Assembly (NCBI RefSeq): GCF_018977255.1
Contig: NW_024704743.1
Coordinates: 20,276,001-20,340,000 of the forward strand
DNA length: 64,000 nucleotides
Source of the DNA: Callorhinchus milii
Lineage: Eukaryota
Direction of reading: 5' to 3'
Below, piece by piece: positions 10,809 through 23,800 of the stretch. Each line of letters begins with the position of its first letter. Position 1 is the stretch's first letter. A model generated the notes under the pieces. That model was not told where the DNA came from, searched no databases, and saw nothing but the letters and a program-made list of their open reading frames with translations. The translations under genes and the position numbers were made by a program.

Positions 10809-13369
10809 TACTAATAAGTGACTCACGTATTGACATTAAAATGACAAACTTAAGGGAGTTCTTCCTCTTGCATCATTCTGAATACCTCCGGCTAATAAGT
10901 AAACTGTAGCATTCTAGGTTCCATAGGTGAACTACAGTTACATTAACCTGACCTTAAAAAGCTGAAGGAGTACCAATACAAGTGAAGCCGAAAACAACAC
11001 CGAAATCAAAGGATGGCCATGACTGGAACTATGCAGTGCAACAAACTTTATAAAGTTCAATTTTTAAAAACAAAGCAGTTATTCCGGTCGGTGTACAGTC
11101 TTGCATGCAGCATAATGCAACTAAATGGAAGTTTGCACCTTTTCTCTAAACATAAAGGTTGTCAGTACAAACTAGCTGTCTGTAACTGACAAAAAAANTC
11201 TTATCTACTATTGTTTGAAGTCTTCAAATTCCAGCAATTTCCAGGTCAGACATCTGTGCGCTCAGAAATAAATCTTAGAAGTAAAACTACTCTAACTTAT
11301 TGACTTGAGCCACAATTGACACAGGAAGCTTATCCTCCCAGCAGTGTAAATATTATTTCTCAGTGTAGGATTAAATGTAATGGTAAAATGCCTAAATGCA
11401 TCTTGTTATTGGAGTCTCCTGAACCAAACTTTATAAGTGTCTCTGTTCCTTTAATTGTCCTGCTCAACAGCACTGTGAATGTTGATGTCGCTCAACAGAT
11501 TGCACAACGACATGTAATCATCTTATGTTCAGCTAGGAATTACATGAGAAAAAAATAGGTAACCCTTGCTGGGATTGATGAGTGAGTGCAATGACAGCAA
11601 CATAAAGAATGGAACTGGAGAGTAAAAGCAAGTAATACTTTAAATTCAGCTGTTGGCTCCTACTAAACATTAACATGGTCTTTCTACTTAGATTGAAGGA
11701 CTCCAGGTGTCTTTGAACATGTGATGTTACACAGTGTAGACAAAACATAAAAGCGGCTGTTCCATACTACAGTTAAAAACATGTATAGCTTGGGAGAGTC
11801 TCCAACATGATGACAACATAAACTTCCTGTAGTTAAGCAGATAATTTATTACTGGATTATTAAAATAAAAGCTTGGAAGAATCCAGCTACATTCTGTAAC
11901 AAAACTGATAAAACTATCACTCTCAGAATTATTAGTTCATTCGTACCTTTTTATTCTACACATTTGCAATCAAGAGTTCATTTTAGTTGACCTGCGCAAC
12001 TGCTGTACAGTATTTCAAAATGTCAAGTGTCAATGCCGCACAAAAAACATTTCTACATTCTGCCATCTTCAGAGAATCCTAATTTACAGAAAGTACCAAG
12101 CAAACCAATGCTTTAAATTTTAAAAAATTGAACTGTCAATATCACTATTACTAATTGATAAAAATAAATTACAAATATTTTGTGTATTTCTACATTATTT
12201 TTCAATTAACATAAGAATGCAATTCTGAGAGGTACTGAATTATTCAACAGTATAAGTATCAGCATGTCTTTCCTACCAAAGAGGGGCTATATTTTTAAAA
12301 ATGAATGTTATTTTAAAAGGTTTTGCAGACTTCTTTTGAACAATGTAAACATTCTACTCTTAGATTCAGATTATTTTACTTAAGGAAAATGAATGGGTGG
12401 GAAGTTTGGTTCTCAGTGTTCAGCCATCACTCTGCACAAAATTAATGTACGCTGGTTTCCATCGCAAAATCTTAACAGAGTGTAAACCTGGAAGTATCCA
12501 AGTCATTCAAACAAAGCAGCAACGATTTAGTATCCAGTTCCTTTTAAAGGTAATTAACCTAAGACAGACAAAAACTTAAACATTTAAACAGAATTTCTTT
12601 TGACAAGTTTATACATACCAAAGGTCTTTTGGGCTTTTAAAAACCCAGAATAATTATTTAATTAATTTACTTTAGCATTCCGGGAATTATTAGTATTTAA
12701 TCAGTTTAACTGCATAGGGAACATTTTTCTTTGCTATTTTCTGTTTAGAATGAAAAGGTTGACATTCCCTCCAAGCTGTATCCAGAGTTACCATTCTTAA
12801 CTCGATCATTGAGTTGGTAAGAAGCTAAGCAGCTCCCTACAGGGACAGCTAGGAGGAGTTTCACTACAGGCTTATTCTCATGCATCGCCTAAACTATCAA
12901 GAGTAATATAGCTAGCTGCAAAGTTAATAAAAAAAATCAACCACCTGCAAACCTCCTGTCTGCAAGTTGTGTCTGCTCTGCAAGGCCAGGTTAACAGAAA
13001 ATCGTAAAAATTCTTAAAGGCCAATTAAAAATTATAATTAAAAATTGATTTCAGTTCAACATATTTTTGTTGTAAAAGAGTCACGTGCAATTTGAGGTCT
13101 TCATTTTTTAAAATGTCACTATCTCTATTTAATCAAAAATACGGTTCCTTAGTTTTCAACACAGATTTCAAAACAAGCAAAATATGCTTCAAAAGCACTC
13201 TCTCAGGAACAAAAATGCAGCCTCAAAAATTATTAGCGCTCTTCCAAAGTACCATTCACAAATATCCCGATAATCGACAGTTCAACATTTTCCCCATGTT
13301 TTACCTTTCAAAGCAGGGGAATGATTTAAAAATTAGAAGGGTGCGAGTCACTGGGCAGAATGTGTAACA

Positions 13370-14672
13370 GAACCTACCCCTCCTTGCTAAAGTCCGGAAA
13401 TGCCTTCCTCAACTCCTTCCTCATGACCCTGTAGTCTGTTTTTCTCCCTGCCCACAGCAAAGCGACAGCGCTTGTCAAAGTCACAAACGACGTCCTCTCT
13501 ATCTGTGACAAGAGCTCCCTCTGCCTCCTCATCCTCCTGGATCTCTCTGCCGCATTTGACACAGTCAACCATGCCATCCTCCTCCACCGCCTCTCCTGCC
13601 TCACCCACCTTAGTGGGACACACGCATGGTTCGAGTCCAACGTAACCAATCGCCTCACTTCATCTTGGTAAATGGTTTCTCCTCCCACCCCCCCCAGTCA
13701 CCTGCGGGGTACCCCAGGGCTCCATCCTTGGCCCTCTTCTTTTCCTCAGCTATATGCTCCCTCTGGGCGATATCATCCACTTTCATAAACTTTCACATGT
13801 TTGCAGATGACACACACATCTCCTCCTCCAGTATCGCCTCCAGGTCCGCCCGCCGATGTTCTATCAGCTTGTCTGGCAGACATCAGGGCCTGGATGAGTG
13901 CAAACTTCCTGCAGCTGAATGTGAACAAGATGGAATCCAGACTCCTTGGTTCCCGTCATTGTCTTCACTCTTGCGGATCCGAACTCCTCAACCTCCCTGG
14001 GCTCTCCCTCACACTCACTGAACCAGTGTGCAATCTAGGCATCTGGTTCGACCCCCGCTGTCCTTCCACCCCCCTCCCCCCACATCTGGTTCCTGACCAG
14101 AACCGTCTTCCTCCACCGTACCTTACCCCAAATGCAACCGAAACCTTCATGCATGCATTTGTCACCACCCGCCTGAATTACTCAAACGCACTTGTCGCCA
14201 GTCTCACCAGCTCCACTATTCAAAAAATCCAGCTCATTCAGAACTTTGCTGCCCCCATACTTACCCGGATTAAACTCCATCTCACCAGTTCTGGCCAGAC
14301 TCCACTGGCTCCCCATCACCGAACAGATCGACTTCAAGATCCTCATATTTGTGTTCAAATCCATTCACGTCCTCGCACCTCCCTACCTCTCCAACCTCCT
14401 CACTCCCCAATCCACCACCCGGCACCTCTGCTCGGCTGGCACCAGCCTCCTGCTTGTCCTTCACACTCTCCACTCAACCATTAGAGGTCACGCTTTCAGC
14501 CACTACGCCCCAAAACTCTGGAACACTCCCCCTCTCTCCCCTTTTTCAAATCCTGTTAGAAAACCTTCCTTTTCGACTGCACTTACGGTCACCTAACAAC
14601 CCCCTCGGCTCGGAGTGAGGGTCCACCATTGTTAAGCGCTCTGAGACGCTATGTAAGTGCAAGTTGTTGTTG
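13370..14672 (+). mobile_element. L2 LINE, longest copy, decayed reverse-transcriptase domain through 3' tail
   Basis: Frameshifted RT motifs [66 protein letters not shown]; (gtt)n tail. Confidence 0.93.
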
Positions 14673-14979
14673 TACAGCATTGTATATGTATTCCCACTTA
14701 CTTTATGAACATTCTATAAATGTCTCACCCCACTGTCAAAGAGAATGATACGTTTTGGCTCACATGTGAACAATCGCACGCGTGAAGAAACAAAGGGGTG
14801 CCAGCAGCTGTAAAACTGTTCCCCTGCACAACAAAAAACTAACGTATTCTACAGAGTGAGTTAAGATTAGTTTGCCAAACTGTTTTTCTCTCTTCTTCTC
14901 TGCACTCATTTTTCCAGCTTCACAGTTCTGTCCTTATAAGGTTTCATTCTTACCTTTCCCAGTGTCTCTACTTTGAATC

Positions 14980-15842
14980 TACCAACAGCTTCTCCTCCCA
15001 GCCCCACATCGTCACTTGTGGAATTCCTCAGGGCTCTATACTTGGTACTCTTTAGCATTTACATGCTCCCGCTTGGTGATGTCATCCACAAGCATTGGGT
15101 AAACTACCATATGCATACTGATGACTTCCAACTCTCTCTACCTCCACCCTCAATTCCAACATTTACTGATGTCCTGTCTGATTGCCTGCCGGACACTAAG
15201 TACTGGATGAGAGCTAACTTTCTTCAACTGAATGTTGACAAAATATATGACTCTTCTGACTGTCTACCATCAGTTAACCCATTGGCTAACATTCAAATTT
15301 CTGCTGCTTGTGTCCTCTCCCGTGCCAGGCAACAACAACATGCACACATATAGCGCCCTCCATGCAGGGTAGCGTCTCAGAGCGCTTAGATAGGCACTGT
15401 GCGCCTATCACCCCCAACCTTGCCCAACTACATTGGCTCCCCATCCCCCAAAAGATCGAGTTCAAAATTCTTGTCCTCACAAAAGTCTTGCCCCACCCTA
15501 CCTTTCTGACCTTCTAAAACCTTACCAACCCCCCTCCCTCCTCTCTGCAGGCACTAGCTTGCTTTCACTATCAGTGGTTGTGCTTTTAGGCTTTGTGCCC
15601 CCATTCTGGAACTCTATCCGGGAATCCCTTCATCTTGTCCCTTCCCTAGACTCCTTCAAGAACCATCTCAAGAGCTTTCTCTTTGACCTCATCTTTGGTC
15701 ATCTTACCACTCCAACCCCTCTTTCCTTGGTCCCCAGCCCTCTTTCATCCAACCCAGCTCGGGTACAAACCCTTGTTTATCCAGCATCTTGGGACATCCT
15801 TCCGACGTGAAAGGTGCTATAAAATGCAATTTGTTGCCGTTG
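14980..15842 (+). mobile_element. L2 LINE fragment with a nested minus-strand L2 tail at ~15329-15398
   Basis: IYMLPLGDVIHKHWVNYHMHTDD, WMRANFLQLN, LHWLPIPQKIEFK; interrupted by caacaacaacatgcacacatatagcgccctccatgcagggtagcgtctcagagcgctt. Confidence 0.88.
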
Positions 15843-15984
15843 GTGATACTGTTCTACATCAATCACCCTTATGTAGCTCACCCAAGTAGCAACTCCCATA
15901 GCAGATGAACTGTACCCCAAGGTAATTACAAACAAGGAAAATTATGAAGCAATAAAAATCATTTGAAGGAACAAAATGATCACC

Positions 15985-16330
15985 TCAATAGATTGGAAAC
16001 CTGCAAATGTGATTCCCGTATTTAAGGAAGATGCCAAAAGTCATACCTGACCACTACAGATCCATCAGCCTGACCTCAACAATTGGAAAATCAATAGAAT
16101 CAAAATGAAAATCATTTAATAAATAGCACATGGCTTCACAAGGGGAAGATCTTGCTACCAACCTCAGATGACATCCCAAATTGGCAGTGGGAAGCAATAT
16201 AACATAGTGTGCCACAACTTCCATAAGACCTTTAATAAAGTGCTACACAAGAGACTCCTTTACAAAATAATGTTGGTGGATACTGTGGGAAGATCATAGA
16301 TGTGGATTAATCACTGACTAAAAGGAAGGA
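15985..16330 (+). mobile_element. CR1 LINE RT fragment
   Basis: Decayed DWKPANVIPVFK..YRSISLTSTIGK..HGFTRGRSC..F.K.F.KV.HKRL motifs. Confidence 0.8.
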
Positions 16331-16334
16331 GACA

Positions 16335-16490
16335 CTCCAGTACTGGGGATGAGCTACAATGTGGAGGTTCTGTTCATTGTGCAAGACATTAAACTGAGAT
16401 TGCGTCTGCCAACTGAGGTAGACATTAAAGATCCCATGATGCTATTTGAAAAGAGTTTCCTTTGATGTCTTGGCCAACATTCTCCCAGAT
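16335..16490 (+). mobile_element. DeuSINE central (Deu) domain fragment
   Basis: gtggaggt...gacattaaactgag...gtctgcc...gaggtagacattaaagatcccatgatgctatttgaa...tgtcttggccaacatt resembles the Deu domain as I recall it from AmnSINE1/SacSINE1. Confidence 0.7.
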
Positions 16491-17004
16491 AAATCAGGCT
16501 TTCATTTCATGGTTTGTGGAACATCCTCTTTTTGAGTGAGTGGTATTCTCAGCAAGATGCAGCTGGTTCCATTATGAGAATAGATTAGAACATTTTCAAT
16601 AAAGCAGTCTACATTAGGTTTAATCAGAATAAATTGAATAATGCTTGCATTTGATATAGAGTGTTTCACGTTGGGAGGACGTCTCAAAGCACTTCACAGC
16701 ATTTACTATCATGTCTAGTGACTCTAGTTTATAACCTAAATTCGGAAGCACAATATAATTGGCTCAAAAAATAAGCCTTTTAGTTTGGTACAAAGCCATA
16801 TAAACCAGGAAGACCCCAAGGTAAGATTCTTGGTCCAGACAGAATCAGGTGCCCTCAATGACCTCAGCTATTTTTTAAAGGGAGGGGAATATTAACCACC
16901 CAATTGTTCTGCTGCAATAACCACTCTTTGAAGATGTGTGAACATGATTAGGAGGTTGCCTCTCCCTCTCCCAGTCAATTAGTCTACCAACACTAAATAT
17001 ATCC

Positions 17005-17346
17005 ACATGCCTCTGTTTATCCAGCAGTAAGTAGGAACCCGGTTGTCAGTCAATTGGCGGATTGCTTTTTGGGGGGACGTCCCAAGGCGTCCCAGCGCCT
17101 TGGGACGTCCTCCTGACGTGAAAGGCGCTCTATAAATGGAATCTTGTTGTTGTTGTTGTTGTAATAATCCCTAAAAAAAATTTGCGTCACTCAATCCACA
17201 ATTGGTTGTGAGACACTGCTATGCGCAATTGGCTATCACATTTCACCCACAAAATATAGAGTCAATTCACTTTACTGTATATTCTGTGAAGAACTTTGAG
17301 ACATCTAGAAGAAAACGCTATATTAAATGCAAGGATTATTATTATT
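17005..17346 (+). mobile_element. 5'-truncated tRNA-SINE interrupted by a short L2 tail (17075-17162)
   Basis: gcctctgtttatccagcagtaagtaggaacc... matches the SINE body; inserted cgccttgggacgtcctcctgacgtgaaaggcgctc...(gtt)n. Confidence 0.85.
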
Positions 17347-17494
17347 ACATGGAAAATGTCACTTGAATGATGTATCAGAAAGTTGCTGGTATCTGTGAAA
17401 TCATACTCCAAGCAAGAATCATTAGCGTGGAAGAGAAGGGAGAAAATGGAGGCGGTAGGGGAGCAAAGATATCACTATGTAATGATATTTTGTA

Positions 17495-17690
17495 TGCCCC
17501 CTCCCTTTCCTCCTTCAAGGCGCATCTCAAGACCTTCCTCTTCGACCATTCCTTCAGTCACCCTCCTAACCTACGCTCCTGCGCTTCATCCCTCCTGATC
17601 TCAACCCCCAGCTCGGGTGCAAATCCTTGACTGTCCAGTGCCTTGGAAAGACCTCTCGACGTGAAAGGCACTAAACAAATGTAATTTGTC
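17495..17690 (+). mobile_element. L2 3' end
   Basis: [17 protein letters not shown] plus L2 tail. Confidence 0.85.
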
Positions 17691-18739
17691 ATTCTTATAT
17701 ATAAGAACATATAGTGTGGAAAGAGTTGTCCTTCATTATGGTCAGATTTTTCTCGTTTAGAATAGCCAGCCATCAACAGATTCTTGTAAATTTCTGATCT
17801 TGTCAATTTACAAAGCTACGCAGTGCAAACTAAATTTATTACTCACAGAATCAATACATATTGTGTGAACTGGGATCAAGTTTACTCTGAAATAGTTCCC
17901 TGCCCAGGCAGACTGGACTTCAGTTTAGCATCTCTACAAAGGGTTCAACTCCTCTACAGATTTCAGATGTATAGAAAATGATTACTTTCAGACCCAAATC
18001 AAGATTTGATGTGATGACTTATTGATACACAAAATTCTACATTCTTCAAACCTAAAAGATTTTAGAGTAAGGACATGAAAATGGTTTGTGTGGCACAGTT
18101 TAATCCTACTCCTATTGCTAAACAAAATAAAAGGCCCGACTCTGGGGGACAAGTCCATCCATTTATTTATGCTCTTATCAGACCCATACACACCAACAGA
18201 AACAGCTCTCCTTTTCTTCTACTTTTAATTCCCAAAGGAACTGAATTGAGGGATGTTTTAGCTTTCATTGATGTTTGAAGCACAGTTCCATATTAATAAT
18301 ATACTATTTATTTTCTCTTCCCAGAAACACACAGTATTTGCAAGTAATAACAAAAGTGTTATAACATTGCATATTTATTCCCACTTATTTCATGAACGTT
18401 CTACAAATTTTAGTAGGGGATGGCTTGAAAAACTAAACATTTATCAAACTGGGACACGGAAATGTTGTAAACAGTTTATGAAAGAAAACCAAACATGAAT
18501 TGGTAATAATCGTTAGATTTAATGTAGCATCTTTCATCCCAGGAGGATGCCTCAAAGCGATTCACAAGATTTACTGTAAAGTGTAGTGACTGGGTATTTT
18601 ATAAGTGAACATGGCAGCCAATTTGCACATGGTAATACCCCCCACCAAATTCATGAAGTGAAGGAACAATTTTTATCTGGGCTATTGTTGGTCTGGGAGA
18701 AACTCCCTTTTCGTTTTGAGGGAGAACACAACTGAATTT

Positions 18740-19450
18740 GCACTTATATAGTGTAATTATGTCAGGAGCATGTTGCAAGGCACTTGACAATGTTCCCTGA
18801 GCATCGAAGCTGGGGGGTGAGGAGGGAAAGATGAACGAAAGCGCTAAAGTGGTATATTTTGAGACATACCTTGAAAGAAAGGAAGGAGGGGGTAAGTTGG
18901 AGGTACCTGGGCAAGGAGTTACAGAGAACAGTAAAGTGTTGAAAACCTGAGTGAAATGGGTGAAAGATGTTGAAGAGGTAGGGTGGGGCGAGGCAATGAG
19001 AGATATAAATGCGAGAACAAGGAGCTGTTGGGAAATGCAGCCAAACAAGCATTGGACCGATAGGCTTGCGGGGACATGAGCAGATCCTGTGCAGGGAATA
19101 GCTGGGGAGTTCGGCAAAGCATTTGCATAGTCGAGCTGGGGTGCAATAAAGACATAGATGAGCATTCCAGTGACCTGGGGGAGAGGTACAACAACAATTT
19201 GCATTGATACAGCACCCTTCATGAGGGCTAGTCACAAAGCATTCAACAATAGGTAGTTTGACATTGAGCCGAGAGAAGGGGGGTGAAGTGACTGTATGCA
19301 CGATCGTGAGCAGGTTTCAGAGGTAGGGAGATGCTAGGGTATGAAGTGATTTGTTGGCGTGTGTAAGGATCTTGATACCGTTCCGTTCTGCAACAGAGAT
19401 TCAGTGGAGCCTGGCAAGGACTGAGGTGATAGGGATGTCGAGTTTGTTAC
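18740..19450 (-). mobile_element. Diverged L2 fragment(s) with a nested tail at ~19188-19250
   Basis: Minus-strand FIAPQLDYANAL, LAPPYL; caacaacaatttgcattgatacagcaccctt tail. Confidence 0.7.
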
Positions 19451-20638
19451 AGGTGAGGATACAAATGGCACAGATTTCAACTTTGTGGAGCTGAGCAGAA
19501 CATCAAGCCGTACAAGGTAATGGAGGAGGCGTACAAGGTAAGCAGAGTTGTCTCCTTGGAGCTGAACTGACAAAAGAAAGTCAGTATCAATCCTCTGGAT
19601 TCATAGTCCAGCTCTTGAGACACACAAGTCCGATCGTGCTCTCAATGGCAAGCTTTCAGTTTTTGCCAGCAACCCAATGTATTCTCTGGGGTCCCCTAAC
19701 TTTGGCACTCAAGCCTTGAAACTTGCAAATCAATTACAACTTAATAAAAGTATAATACAAATCCTAAGGATTAAGGATCATTTCATAAAAATACATGTGG
19801 ATGATTCAGGCACTTTAAGGTTAAAATGGTAAAATACATACTGAACATCACTTCAAACACAAAAAATCCCACAAACTGAAAGGGTTTGTTTGATTGCAGT
19901 TTTATAGATTTAAAGCAGTGTAAGTAACTTCACTGAGGTTCAAGAGAAAATATACTAGAATCCCACTTATCCATCACACTGGAACATTATTACTATACTG
20001 ATAGGGTTGCACCTGGTAGATAGTTGAGTTCCCAAACCAATTGATACCTAGGTCAAATAGACCTTTGCCTTTACACTCTACAATAAAACCACGTTACTTT
20101 ACTTAGAATAGTTTCTGTGTGACAGGAATCTGGTTTAAACAATTCTGATCCTTTTTCAGTAGGTCAGGTGTTTATCATTATTGCTGACAATTTTCTGAAA
20201 GTGGCTGCCTATTACATCTAACAAACAGTTTATTAGACTAGTCCACTTACAAAATCATATTGTACAATGCAGTAGACTAATTGTTTACAAGGTGTCATAA
20301 TCAAGCCTCCACGTTAATAAATTATTTGCAGCTTTTAAGCAACCAGCATTTACAACATCTTAGTTTGCAAATTAGCATGAGAGAGATATAAATGTTCTAC
20401 TGTTTTGTGTTGAAATTATAACAACAGGATAAAATAGGAGTCTTAACATTGCAGGGCTCATGTTGCAGTATTTTTGATTTTAATGTTCTAATGGCAGAAT
20501 TCTAAAAAATGTCTATTAACATCCTTAATTATTTGTAATATCTACCAGACATTTCCTCATTAAAAAGATTTCCACATAATTATATACCAAATTAAAGTTA
20601 CTTAAGATATTAAACTGACATTTAGTTTTGTGACTTAC

Positions 20639-20814
20639 CTTCTTCTTTTGCAATTTTGTGCTATTGTCCAGCCAGTCAGCCATCTGTTCCTCAATGTCCT
20701 CAATAGTTGAAGCTTGATCGTGCAATGTTGCATAGACACTACTGGCTCCAGAGGTGGAGGCTGTATATACTGGAAACTCAGATTTTGGTTTCTTTACTTT
20801 GGGCTTCTTTTCCT
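20639..20814 (-). CDS. DNAJC1: DNAJC1 exon 8 (176 nt)
   Basis: ccttccag|AGGAAAAG...AAGAAG|gtaagt; encodes (K)[58 protein letters not shown]. Confidence 0.94.
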
Positions 20815-23800
20815 CTGGAAGGTATCCAAAAAGGCAGTTCAACTACTGTACTTTTTTATTTTTTCACACCTTAAAAGATTAAGGTTTCAAAGCTGTAAGG
20901 CTTTCCTTCAGTTTTTTTTAAAAAAAACTATTAAACCTATTAAAAATACCTACAATGCATATCTAAATGGGGATGAGGAGTTACTATTTAGCGATTGTTA
21001 CTTCAGCAAGTCGAAATGTAAATTTTGAAGTAAAAGATCGTTATTTCAAATGTTATAATCATATTGAGCAAGCTGTGAATTGCTATAAAGAAAAGAGGTT
21101 CTTGTTTTTAAAATTTGTTGACCACAAAGAAATGGAAAACTGCCAATAAATGTCAGAAAGGTACAGACAAAATATCAGAGCTCACGATGTCTGTGCAAAG
21201 ATGCACCCAGCAGGGTAATATTTACCTCAAGAAGATTATCTATTCACACCTCTTGTCTTCTGCTGCAACACATTGTTTTAATGAGACCCCGTGTTGCATT
21301 CTCTCAATTTGCAAATTGCACAGAATCCCACACTACCGTACTATTTCTGTCCCAAGAGGACAACTGCACAGTTTCCGTGGTAAAGCAGACAGACATGCAG
21401 GCAGATTAGCAATTAGGTCATGAAAAACAGGCAGCGCAAAATAGATCTATGCCAATCTTTATGATTTGCATTTGCCCTCTTAGGAAGATGTTAATGTTAT
21501 CATTAACTGCGCTTCCAAACTATGATTTACCAAATTACGAACACACAGACTACTATGAGATGTACAGCACCATCCTTCTGTGTGGTAAGGGCTATTTTAA
21601 CAAATGTATTTTGCCACAGTAGTGCGGTTTTCATTTGAGACGATCACTATTAAAATAATCACATTATTATGCTAGTTATTAAACAAGTGTTTACAAGCAG
21701 CAATTGTGTGAATAATTGTGGATAACTGATCCTGTGGATAATTTTGATAATATTGTGTATTAATTCAAATGCTACACTACATTAAATATTAATTTTGCTT
21801 GAAAACAAATACAGATTCAAATGGAAATAATTATACATACTGGGAGGTCCAGTCAGTTTCAATGAACAACTTTCCACTGCATTTCATTTTACAAGGGTCA
21901 TTCACAATAAAGCATTGCTGTTTCAGATAAACATTTATGTACTTCAAATGGTCTTTCACATCTGGATTTGACTGCAAAATGGTCTATACACAGTACTTCA
22001 GCAGGTTCAGAACAATATTATCCAATCATACTGATGAGCTGACAGTGTTCAAATACTATTAATGTGTTTAAATCTTTATGGGCCAAGACTTTCAAATCAA
22101 AGCAAAACGATCCTTTAAACAGAAAAGCATTGGCATTGAAGGTCTGAGATGACCTTACAATTCGCAGTTCCCAATTTGTATTGATAATATTTGAAATTGG
22201 ACATCCTGGCCATTTGGAACCACATTTGATTTAGTAAGCAGCAGATAAAGTTAGAGGCAATTTAATGCAACGATTCTATGAGTAATACAACCAATCAAAA
22301 CAGTTTTACAATAAGTTGCTATCTGTGGATTACAGTGAAATGTGGGTCTCCTGAGGAGAAAAATGAAGTCTTAAGGCATTTTACTATAGCTGTTCATTAT
22401 TTGTTAACTAGTCTCACACCAGTGACAAAACAGCAGTTTATGAAATGCAGATGTTTCTTACTGTGTCCAGCTTCAAACTGAGCTTGTGCCTCTGCCTCCT
22501 CTTTTTCCTTTACTTTCATTTCTTTCCATTCCTGATAAAGATCCATGGCATCCTGTAACACATACCGATTTTTTATATTCCCTTTGATTTATAATGTTAC
22601 AACTAGTAAAAATCCAATCAATCAAATTACAAGCTGCTGGCAGATATTTGGTCATAATAGTTTGTCAACAAAATATCTTAATTTCATGAATTTATAATTT
22701 CACAAATAAATATCAAATGAGTATCAGTAATAACACCCGATGAAGTCACAGTTCATAATCGGTGCTGCTATTAATATGGAATTCCCAATTATAAAAGTTT
22801 CCATGTGCATTTTTAAAAGCAACTATTTGAATTTTACAAATGTGTGTAAATCCTTCAGCTCTTTAGCAATTTCTAGCACTAACATGAAAGTGTATACAAT
22901 ATTTACAGATGAACCTCTTAAAGATCCAGTTAATGTAAGAACTATGAATAGAGAAATAATCATTTTATGCCTGTGAATTAAAATTGGCGTAAAGAAAACA
23001 GATGACAGTCATCATTCTATCTGCCATTTTTTCACATCAAAAGGATATTTAAAAAATGTGTAATGAAGGAGTTTCCAGTCGATGCATATGTGGTGCTACT
23101 ATTAGCATACACTAATTGTAAATGCCCTCATTCACAACGTTTACTCAATTTGCAGCTACACATTTGTCTGTGAGCACAGGCAGCATGCACAGGATATTAA
23201 TACATGACATTGTTGGTGGAGTGGGGGGAAACACAGCTCCTTGAAAGACCATATTCTATTCGTCTGTGCTAGCTCTATGGACAGTTAGTTATGTCCTGTC
23301 ATCTACAGTGCTTTTCTTATAAAATCACATTTTTAACATTGAAAATTGTATATCAAATACAAGTAGAATAGATATACAAAAGAGAGTATAGCTCATCTAC
23401 AAACTTAATAGGGTTGCTAAAATCCTTCACAATGGGACAAAATAATTTATTAAATTTTTTAAAAATGTTGTTCCATGTTGCAAATAAACCACCAAATAAA
23501 CAAGTTAATGTAATCTCAAAATTTAAATTTGAAATGTTCCTCCTTCCGTAATCGGTTATACGTTAAAATGTAAATACAAACAGTTATTACACGTGACAGG
23601 AATTATTTCTCTAATATTTTGAGATGCTCAGACATAATTAGGTACTATAAAATGAAAGTTCTTATTTTCTTTCTAAACCACAACAGGTGCAGTTTCCTAT
23701 TTTATGCTGTGAAAATTCTACTTCCTTGAGATTCAAAAATTATGGACCATTTAGTCAAATTACAAACAAGTAACTATAAATTGAATTCAACCATAGAAAT

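Noticed and set aside
7193..11198. Single N bases at ~7193 and ~11198
   Set aside because: Ambiguous calls next to homopolymer runs; assembly noise rather than biology.
13626..14618. Long overlapping ORFs (up to 227 aa) as a protein-coding gene
   Set aside because: They are frameshifted pieces of an L2 reverse transcriptase; no intact ORF2.
1..20638. DNAJC1 exon 9 (first SANT domain, expected roughly APEWTEED...FPGGTPGRWEKIA)
   Set aside because: No matching sequence found by eye; the exon probably lies left of the window, making intron 8 longer than 20 kb.
22030..22060. Hammerhead ribozyme at ctgatgagctgacagtgttcaaatac
   Set aside because: CUGAUGA is present but there is no GAAA and no flanking stems.
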